A stretch of 63,705 nt of DNA, counting the filler, from Aduncisulcus paluster (taxonomy: Eukaryota), in assembly GCA_024181965.1 (NCBI GenBank). It is 5 parts of 5 records of this genome, joined end to end, with 100 filler letters (N's around TTAATTAATTAA, not from the genome) between each part and the next. Parts side by side here need not be neighbours in the genome. Positions count along the whole stretch, not along the records: positions 48,000 to 59,073 come from BQXS01010900.1; positions 59,174 to 63,705 come from BQXS01011023.1; 3 more parts are not named here. One strand, 5' to 3'. Positions 53,107 to 61,017 of the stretch are shown piece by piece; the first letter of the stretch is position 1; each line of letters starts with the position of its first letter. A program made the position numbers and the translations under genes. The notes beneath the pieces are model-generated. The model saw only the letters and a program-made list of their open reading frames with translations. It was not told the origin of the DNA and ran no database searches.

Positions 53107-56100
53107 ATGAATCAGCTGCATAATCTTGAAGAAATTAATTCTCCAAATAATGGAGAAATGAAAGCATGCGAATTATCAGTGCGTAATCTGTCTCGTCTCA
53201 TATTTTTATCTATGACCACCAAATCATCTACGTCGGATGAGAATGACATTATATATTCAATACCTATTGCAGCAAAAAGAAATTTAGCAATTGTTATTCC
53301 CAATACAAGTCGTATTGGTGGACGAATTAGGTATTTAAATTGGCCTGGTATATTTCTTGGGTTAGCAGAGATGTTACAATATAAATACTCTGATACCCCC
53401 CTTAAACATTCCATAATGCATCTTAATACAATGTTAAAACATAGATTGAATTATAATCAGAATATCTCTTGTATTAACCTTGTTAAAGAAGATTTTCTTG
53501 GAAAGATTAAGAATCCACATTTTTCAAATTCACCATTTATCAGATCCTCCTATATTTTCCCAAACACTAAACAAATTCCTTCGATTCTATCTGTCACCCC
53601 ATCTCTTATTTCCTCGTTTAAAAATGCTGCTCTTGAAGCATCCTCCTCCAATTTTGCATCTCGCCCTGCGATTTCGTCGATTTATTCGCCATTTCCGGTT
53701 CCCTCGCAAGTCTCTGGTGTACTTCTTGGATCTGCATCCACGGATTGCCTCGTCGGCATTGGTATTGGTCGTGTTGAGGAGATAGTGAGCTGTAAGGATG
53801 AAGAAGTGGAAGAAGCTCGGGGAGAACTTGAAGAAGAGCGGATGAGTGGAAATGGAAGAGGAAATGGCGAAGCTGCTGCCATTTGTGGATTATTAAGTGT
53901 TGGTGTACAGATTTCAAGAATTATTCATCATAATGCTCTCAAACATACCAAAGATATTCAATTCAATAGCAAAAACAAGAAATCTCTTTCTAGTCCTGTT
54001 CTGGATAGATACTCTAAGTCTTCTTTATTCGCATTTCTGACATCTGGGATTGCCTTTATTCATTCCCATACACCTGCTTTGTGTTATCCTTTCCCCATCA
54101 CATCATTTTCTCCATCATTTTCAGATTCTTCCATATCGTTGAGTTCTTTTTCATCCCCAGGAATGCATTTACCTTCACTGACTCTATCCCCTTCGCTATT
54201 TGCATCTTCTTTCCTCTCTTCCTCTTTATTTGGAATTAGTCAACACCCGTTGTCACCTTTATCGTCCTGTGCAGCCACAATTAGCTCTGGACTCATAGGT
54301 TGTCTCTGGCAGCTCTGTATGTGGGATAAACAGGCAAATCCTCAGGCTTTTAAACCCGTTATAGAGCAGCAAATAGCTGTAGATTCTGTTCCATCACATT
54401 CCTCACCATTGTTTTTCTCTCGTCTTCGGTCTTTTCTTGCTGCTCAAAGCCTTGATTCAATTCCTCCCCTTCTCAAGTATCTTGTAGAATGGCCTTCTGA
54501 GACCATTGAAGATGGAAGAGATGGAGAGAAAAATCAAGATAAAAAGAAGAATATGGATGGATTTCGCAGAACTCGTGGTTCTCTTCGTCTTACAAAGAAT
54601 GCTCTTTCTGGTAGCTCTGACAACGAGAAGACAGACCATTCCATTTCAGACTTGACTCCTCCTTCAGTTTCGACCCCGGCTGATACGATACTTCTTCCCT
54701 TCAGACGTCGGAGCAGTGCCATTGCTCTCTCCCTTTGTCTAAGTCGATGTGCACGTGTTTCATGTGAAACTTTAGATGATAACAATACTTTTTCTTACGT
54801 CGAACACCCTCATGCACAACGCTTAATCAACCAAATTATGCCTGTATTGTCCACCATGCACTCTGGTTGTTCAGTAGACTCAAAGGAGGCCGAAGAAAAG
54901 CGAAGACAACGGGTGTGGAATCAACTTGAAGATGAAAGGAAACAACACCTTATTATTCGCTGTAAACACCATCAATTTAACTTGTCTCCAAAATCTAATC
55001 ATATCCACTCAAGTCTTGCCATGAAACAAAAAGAGGATACAATATGTCACAAGAAGATAAAGCATGGAACAAAAAAGAAAGGAGATAGACATAGAAAGCA
55101 TGGGAAAATGGTTCATGGTCAATCATATGCTTCCCAAGTGAGTAATTTTGTTCCTCCAACATCATCATCCCTCTGGAATCCACCATTGTCCTCGATGTCA
55201 ACAACATTTACTTCCTCTATTCTTCCTCCTCATACGCCCTTGGACCTTGGATCCAATTGGGGGAAACATCCAAAACTTGTCCGAAAAGAACGAGATATTG
55301 TCAATGGAACAAAGTTAAGGTCAAAGAGAAGACAAAGGCATTCACAATATGACTCGGATATAACTCCAGCGGCATCATCCAATGTATTCTTGACGAAGGA
55401 CCAAGATCCTCTTGTGTTCCATCACTCTGGGAGTTCTTCATATAAGGGGGTTATCAATGAGCCTGATAATATGTTTTCTCTATCTTCTCCATCTCCTATG
55501 TCTGTTCTATCATCCCATGTAAGTCCAATTAACAAAGTGATAATACCTTTCAGGCGTAGAATGAAAGGGAAGAAAGAGAAAGACCAATGCCAGAGCAGTG
55601 GTTGTGCTAAGAAGGTAACTTTTAAACCTTCTATGTGCTCTTCATCTATCAAAATGCCTTCCTCCCACCTTCAAAGTTCTCGGGAATCCAATGCCGTGCC
55701 TGCCTTTTCTCTCTCCATCAACGTGCATGCACACACCCCTGCCTCACAGAGCCAATCGTTGTCCCAATGGTCGAGGTCAATTATCCAGGATTCCTACGAT
55801 GCTGAAGAGTCGAAGAAAAGTTCACACCATCACTCAAAACATTCCAAAAAACAACAGAAATGGATGCCTACTTCACATTCTTGCCTGTGTCCAATGGGTG
55901 TATGTGGAGGAAGGGTACATCTTGGTCAGAAAGATATTCAACGCCTTCCATTTTATCCCAAGTCTTCAACTTACTATCGTTCTTCATCGAGAGATTCTGC
56001 TGATCTATTCTCAGAGTCTCCATTGTTCCCGGATTCTGGTTTTGATTCTCTGAATTCTCCTTCTTCCAATTATTCTTCCTCCTCAATGTCTACTGGAGGC

Positions 56101-57897
56101 AATTTTATGTCGTTTATGTTTCCTCATCCCCAACCTTTGGCTCCCCACCATTCAATTGCTTTTTCTTCCAAACATATGCTCTCTCCCCATTCTTCTCATT
56201 CACATGTCTCTCCACATTCCTCTGCTCCTGCAGCTGCCTTGGTGGGACTGTGCATATGTATATGGAGATTCCAAGTTAACACTCAAATGCAAGATATTAT
56301 TATGCATCATTTTGTACGAGATTCTATTCGTTATGTGAGATTTATTGTTGGAGATGAACTTTTTCATCAGGATATTATTAAATCCAATGTTATTTTGAGA
56401 TGTGAAGATAATATTGTGGTTCAAGAGATCGATGAAGAATTCAGTCCATCATATAATGGTGGAATTAGAATGGTTATTCCCATTGAGATGCTAAATGATG
56501 ATTATTCATTGGAATTACCCAGCTTATTAGTCGATTCTGAGGATTCAAAAGGATCAAGTAATATTATTGGTTGTAAAAAACCATCAAAATTATCCCATTT
56601 GGATTCGAGGTTTTCTCTGTCAATATGTTCCAAATTTAGCTTTGAGAATGTTCATTTCCCATCTTTCCTGTTTAGCGGTGCAGCGGCCGGAAGTACTTGG
56701 ATTCTATCTCAACAATATGTAACATTACGTCAGTCTATTTCTTTTCTCTCATGTCCCGAGATTGTGTTTGGAGGATTGATCTGCTCTTGTATTTCCATTC
56801 CTTCTCTCTCTCATCTTGTCACACTCCTGTTGGCTCGAAGGGAAGAAGCAGCTACTGGAAAGAAGGTGTATTCGTTCAGCCATACACTCTCGCTCGCTGT
56901 GGCATCAGTGACATATGTATGTGTTGGGATAGCGTTGGGTTTAAGCGCTTCTCTCTCTCAGATCCATCAAGACCAGCGTTCGGCTGATGTTTTTGTTCAT
57001 GTGAGTAGCGTAGTGCATAGTATTTGTGAGCTTATGTATCGTTCTGCTGAGGAATGGATGCTTGGAGTAGTCTCTGTTCTGGATATGATGTGGAGTGTGA
57101 ACATTGAGCCACTATTGTCATGTGTATATGAGTACATTAGGGTCGTTATTAACAAACTTTACACTGCAGGCCAGAAGATTGATGATGAAAAGAGGCTCTG
57201 TGTCTTGCTTTTTGAGTTATTGGGGCGGAGAAGAAAGGCAGTGAATGTCCATTCTCTTGAAGAAAGAAAGAAAGGCGAAGAGGAAGAAGAAAAAGATGAA
57301 GCAAAGAGGAAACCGGATAAAGTTCATTATGAAAGGGAGAATGATAATGGACCCTGGAAAAGACGTAGGAGTGGTGCTTCAACTATTCTACCAAAATGTT
57401 TTACTAGAGATATTGGGGAAGAACTTTCTTCAGCATCACCATTCCACCCATCTTCACCTTCGATCGATGTGTATATCCCGAGAGATATCGTGTCATTTAC
57501 TCTTGCAACATCCATTTCAGCTTTGTCACTGCTTTCTCCAGGATCCGAGGATCCAAAACTACTTTCGAGGATAAATTTAATATCTTTCTTCCTCCATACT
57601 GGTCTTCTACATCTTCCTGCTGGAAGGTCTTCAGAGAGCTCATTGGACCAACAAAACGATGAGTTTGAGTCATCTTTTGTTCCTGGAGCACTGGGATTTG
57701 GATATCACTCGTCATTACAACTTGCAAAGGGAATTCTCTGCTCAAAACGGAAATGGAGAATGTGGGGAAGAAATGGCCTTGTCTTGTTAATGTGCTCACT
57801 TTGTTGGCACTCGTTGGAATGTTCAAATTTTGATATGAATAATAATAGTTCAATCATTAAAACCTTATTCGCCCTGATTTTGTTTGGAGATGAATAA
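53107..57897 (+). CDS. Large protein, probably a highly divergent APC/C subunit 1 (PC-repeat region) with long low-complexity inserts
   Basis: 1596-aa ORF (coding status secure). Ordered resemblance to recalled APC1 PC-repeat motifs, e.g. LATSISALSLLSPGSEDPKLL and GFGYHSSLQLAKGIL; the identity is tentative. Confidence 0.45.
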   Translation: MNQLHNLEEINSPNNGEMKACELSVRNLSRLIFLSMTTKSSTSDENDIIYSIPIAAKRNLAIVIPNTSRIGGRIRYLNWPGIFLGLAEMLQYKYSDTPLKHSIMHLNTMLKHRLNYNQNISCINLVKEDFLGKIKNPHFSNSPFIRSSYIFPNTKQIPSILSVTPSLISSFKNAALEASSSNFASRPAISSIYSPFPVPSQVSGVLLGSASTDCLVGIGIGRVEEIVSCKDEEVEEARGELEEERMSGNGRGNGEAAAICGLLSVGVQISRIIHHNALKHTKDIQFNSKNKKSLSSPVLDRYSKSSLFAFLTSGIAFIHSHTPALCYPFPITSFSPSFSDSSISLSSFSSPGMHLPSLTLSPSLFASSFLSSSLFGISQHPLSPLSSCAATISSGLIGCLWQLCMWDKQANPQAFKPVIEQQIAVDSVPSHSSPLFFSRLRSFLAAQSLDSIPPLLKYLVEWPSETIEDGRDGEKNQDKKKNMDGFRRTRGSLRLTKNALSGSSDNEKTDHSISDLTPPSVSTPADTILLPFRRRSSAIALSLCLSRCARVSCETLDDNNTFSYVEHPHAQRLINQIMPVLSTMHSGCSVDSKEAEEKRRQRVWNQLEDERKQHLIIRCKHHQFNLSPKSNHIHSSLAMKQKEDTICHKKIKHGTKKKGDRHRKHGKMVHGQSYASQVSNFVPPTSSSLWNPPLSSMSTTFTSSILPPHTPLDLGSNWGKHPKLVRKERDIVNGTKLRSKRRQRHSQYDSDITPAASSNVFLTKDQDPLVFHHSGSSSYKGVINEPDNMFSLSSPSPMSVLSSHVSPINKVIIPFRRRMKGKKEKDQCQSSGCAKKVTFKPSMCSSSIKMPSSHLQSSRESNAVPAFSLSINVHAHTPASQSQSLSQWSRSIIQDSYDAEESKKSSHHHSKHSKKQQKWMPTSHSCLCPMGVCGGRVHLGQKDIQRLPFYPKSSTYYRSSSRDSADLFSESPLFPDSGFDSLNSPSSNYSSSSMSTGGNFMSFMFPHPQPLAPHHSIAFSSKHMLSPHSSHSHVSPHSSAPAAALVGLCICIWRFQVNTQMQDIIMHHFVRDSIRYVRFIVGDELFHQDIIKSNVILRCEDNIVVQEIDEEFSPSYNGGIRMVIPIEMLNDDYSLELPSLLVDSEDSKGSSNIIGCKKPSKLSHLDSRFSLSICSKFSFENVHFPSFLFSGAAAGSTWILSQQYVTLRQSISFLSCPEIVFGGLICSCISIPSLSHLVTLLLARREEAATGKKVYSFSHTLSLAVASVTYVCVGIALGLSASLSQIHQDQRSADVFVHVSSVVHSICELMYRSAEEWMLGVVSVLDMMWSVNIEPLLSCVYEYIRVVINKLYTAGQKIDDEKRLCVLLFELLGRRRKAVNVHSLEERKKGEEEEEKDEAKRKPDKVHYERENDNGPWKRRRSGASTILPKCFTRDIGEELSSASPFHPSSPSIDVYIPRDIVSFTLATSISALSLLSPGSEDPKLLSRINLISFFLHTGLLHLPAGRSSESSLDQQNDEFESSFVPGALGFGYHSSLQLAKGILCSKRKWRMWGRNGLVLLMCSLCWHSLECSNFDMNNNSSIIKTLFALILFGDE

Positions 57898-58139
57898 ATT
57901 CTCATTCTACTCATCGGATAATAATATTCTGAGGATCACAACAAACTAGAATGATCTCAAAATCCAAAGTATTTAAATAACTGTTTATACCAATAAAATA
58001 AGCCTGATCCTGGTGGAGTTCCAATTGTGCTCAGAGTAATAGAGTCGATGACCATGGATTTTCAGATATTCAGCCAAAACTCCCATCGATTCTCCATCCT
58101 TGTCCAGATCATTGCTAACTCTTGAATATTTTCCAAACC

Positions 58140-59073
58140 ATTATTATATTCGTAATGTTCCTAACTGGGTCTGTCATCCATTATCAATGGGCCATTCAAT
58201 GGCCGCCATTGGCCCAATGCCACTGGTCGTGGTCGTGGTGTCTAACAACAACAGGTCTTTATTTGGTCTCAGACAGAGATTGAGAGGCAGTTTGGTCACA
58301 AATGAGGTGATTGGGAGCTATTAAGGCAGAAGCTACGAAGGGCCAAGAAGGAGAGACAGTTAATATCTAGCCACATAAGATAAAATGTAGTAAATGGTTG
58401 CCGTGCGAATTAAAAAGCCCGACCGTTCACCAATTCATGACCTTACCACCCTCTCCGCGCCCTGCCAGCAGAAGCTCTGGTGAAAGGGAATAGGAATCGA
58501 CGATCAAATATCCCATGACTCGAGGAAGCTCCACTGCATCTCAGCTCATATGAGTGCCGGTTAAGAGCATTCCCATATGCAAGGGAGCGAGCAAGAACAG
58601 TTTTAAGTTCTCTGACACCCTTTTCTGAGACACATTGGAGGGAGTTTGAAAGAAACTCCTGGAATCTCGGGCCAATCACACCGTGAGATGAGAGAATAAG
58701 AGGGAAAAATACAAATTGTAAAGATGGATCATCTGAGGGGGTTTCAGGTTTATAAAGTTCATTTTTGTCATTTTCAAGCTTGATAAGTTTTTGTTGTATC
58801 CACGCAGATCCTGTTTCAACAATGGACCCAGCATCACGATTACCGTCAGCAATGTCCTTTGCAAACTTCTGGAGATAGTTATCCCATTTAGTAAGCTCAG
58901 TAACACGGATATCAAATACATGAGTTTGCTGCCAAGCACCTGTACCGAAGGAGTGAGCAACAATGTCAGCCCTGGTTGTACGGGTACGAAGAGAACGAAG
59001 AAAGTTCGTGTCTTCTTGAGCAGTAGGAATATTCATAGTAAGAGAAATCCAGCTGGCGATAAGGGTACGAAGG
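58140..59073 (-). mobile_element. 3' end of an RLE-type (CRE-like) non-LTR retrotransposon: endonuclease ORF end 59072-58443 plus 3' UTR; lower boundary approximate
   Basis: RADIV...VFDIRVT...ENDKNELY...FFPLILSSHGVIGP...LARSLAYGNA is the PD-(D/E)xK RLE pattern with a CRE-like GNA ending; frame open to the scaffold break. Confidence 0.8.
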
Positions 59074-59173
59074 NNNNNNNNNNNNNNNNNNNNNNNNNNN
59101 NNNNNNNNNNNNNNNNNTTAATTAATTAANNNNNNNNNNNNNNNNNNNNNNNNNNNNNNNNNNNNNNNNNNNN
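59074..59173. other. Artificial scaffold linker
   Basis: N44-TTAATTAATTAA-N44. Confidence 0.97.
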
Positions 59174-59386
59174 GAAGGCACCCTTGTCATCGATCCATGG
59201 GACACGGAACATGATGACACGCTCGGGCTCCATCAAACGCTCGAAGACACCAATGTACTTGGGCTCCTTGTCGAAGATGGGCTTGAGGGACTCGATAACC
59301 TCCTCGACAGCTTGGATGAACTCCTTCTGGTGTCCATCTCTTCTCTTAAGAATCTCGTAAAGATCAGCAACGGTAGTAGCGGGCAT
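59174..59386 (-). CDS. gdhA: NADP-specific glutamate dehydrogenase, N-terminal part (3'-truncated)
   Basis: RDGHQKEFIQAVEEVIESL...FERLMEPERVIMFRVPWIDDKG. Confidence 0.93.
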
Positions 59387-59761
59387 TAGATGTTATGATA
59401 AAAAAGTAAGACTTTCTTGCAAAGAAAAAATAACATCGTGAAACAGTGAAACAAGTTCTAGCGAAATCAACACGAAAAGAATTGACGAGACCATTCCACG
59501 AGAGATAGTATGAATGAGCACATAAAAACACACGAAGATGAATAAAAAATAAAATGTATTAAATATTGGTGGACATAAAAATGCACAACTCGAAAGAATA
59601 GCGGTGGAAAGACAGAATCGAAATTACACACTTTTGACGTGCGAAATACGATAGGGAATGGGAAGGATGATATTCATAATGGAATAGGAAGACGCAAATT
59701 GAAAGGGATAATTTATTCTGAAAAGGGATAATTGAGTAAATTTGTTAGAACGTGTCATACA

Positions 59762-59896
59762 TCACAGATCACCAACAATGTCCCACTCGTCTGAAAGATC
59801 ATGTATTCGCTGATGCTCAGAGACGTCTCTTGGAACTTCAATCGTCTCCCAGCCTTCGGACACGGATCCGTGGTGCACATCAGACGGACACGACAT
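59762..59896 (-). CDS. Candidate 44-aa micro-ORF (or terminal exon of the upstream gene) with two LIR/AIM-like motifs
   Basis: GC-elevated segment; ATG in an AAA context; EGWETI and DEWDIV. Confidence 0.35.
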   Translation of the reverse strand: MSCPSDVHHGSVSEGWETIEVPRDVSEHQRIHDLSDEWDIVGDL

Positions 59897-59981
59897 TTTA
59901 TGGGGGGTTGCAGAGGAAGGGGGATGAATACGAATCCCATAACTGAGTGATATGGATGTTTTTTTAAAGGAATAATAAATT

Positions 59982-60815
59982 TCAATCGCCTTTTTCAATT
60001 TCAGTCCTCTTTCTTATTTCTTCAAGTAACTCTAAACTTTTTCTAGATCTCCCAACAGTTATTGTTTTCCGAGAGGTTTTGCCTTCAAATTGAGAAGGAA
60101 ATAAAGTTGAAAGACCATGGGCCATTTGGTCGGGATCCTCTTGAATCTGCCGAGAAGGAAGTTCATCTGCCAATTTTGATGCATATTGAAATTGAAGTGC
60201 CGGATGGGATATTTGGCTATGCCTTGAAAGGAATAATGGTTGGTCTGCTTGTTTTCTTGCGGAAATTTCAAGTTGTTGATTGGGAAAGGTTGAGCGAGAC
60301 AGAGGAGATTCTGGAGGGAATGAAGGTCTAAGTTCGGGAGAATGACTTGGAGGGAGTTCAATATTTGAAGATATATCGACATGGGGGGATTTGAAAGGAG
60401 ATTCAACTCGAATTTCTGGGGTCATTTGAGATATTGTTTTGGCAAGCGGAGAAGGAGGGATTGATCCAGAATGAATATGAGTGATTGATGATTTTATACT
60501 ATCAATTTTTCGATCAGAAATTATTGAACTGGATGGTATATCGGGGATACCAACCCAAGAATTGGACAAAGGAAAAGAAATTGAAGGTTCTATCATATCT
60601 TTTCTATCTTCCTTTGTCCGAAACATAGCAATTTCTCTATTTGCCTTATTTAGTTTATATTTCAATTGTTGTATCGTTTCCTCCAAATATAATATCTTAT
60701 CTTCATATCCTTGTTTTTGAGAACGCATTTTCTTTTTCATCCTTAAAACAAGTTCTCTATCCTTTTCTAATAAACTCATTACATATCTCTTGATATTTTC
60801 ATCGAGAGACTGCAT
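59982..60815 (-). CDS. Hypothetical protein: N-terminal coiled coil and Pro/Ser-rich tail
   Basis: 277-aa ATG ORF, divergent from the MORN gene. Confidence 0.75.
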   Translation of the reverse strand: MQSLDENIKRYVMSLLEKDRELVLRMKKKMRSQKQGYEDKILYLEETIQQLKYKLNKANREIAMFRTKEDRKDMIEPSISFPLSNSWVGIPDIPSSSIISDRKIDSIKSSITHIHSGSIPPSPLAKTISQMTPEIRVESPFKSPHVDISSNIELPPSHSPELRPSFPPESPLSRSTFPNQQLEISARKQADQPLFLSRHSQISHPALQFQYASKLADELPSRQIQEDPDQMAHGLSTLFPSQFEGKTSRKTITVGRSRKSLELLEEIRKRTEIEKGD

Positions 60816-61017
60816 TTTATAATTCTTGCTATATTAGAGACGTGCGAGAAATTGGAAGTTTGTAAAATCTTGTTACTCTGTCAAATGGATGAAATCTATA
60901 ATTCAAGAATTTTGACATTTCATCATTTTAATTCATTTTATGCTAATATTATCGAATAATATCCATTGAATAATAATATGGAGGAAGAGCCGTTTTTGAA
61001 CACAAAAGGCTCCAAAA

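Noticed and set aside
57985-58141. Integrase-like relic on the - strand (WFGKYSRVSND...EYLKIHGHRLYYS)
   Set aside because: Short, bounded by stops, and lacks a proper SDNG or catalytic Glu motif.
19799-59173. Recurrent TTAATTAATTAA motif as a biological repeat or recombination site
   Set aside because: It is always centred in 44+44 Ns and gives stops in all six frames: a synthetic linker. Neighbourhoods across it (e.g. retrotransposon next to gdhA) are not real.
59752-59960. RNase P, U3 or SRP RNA on the + strand
   Set aside because: Some stems form (CGTCTGA/TCAGACG), but the CR-I GGAA, ordered U3 boxes and SRP helix-8 motifs are absent.
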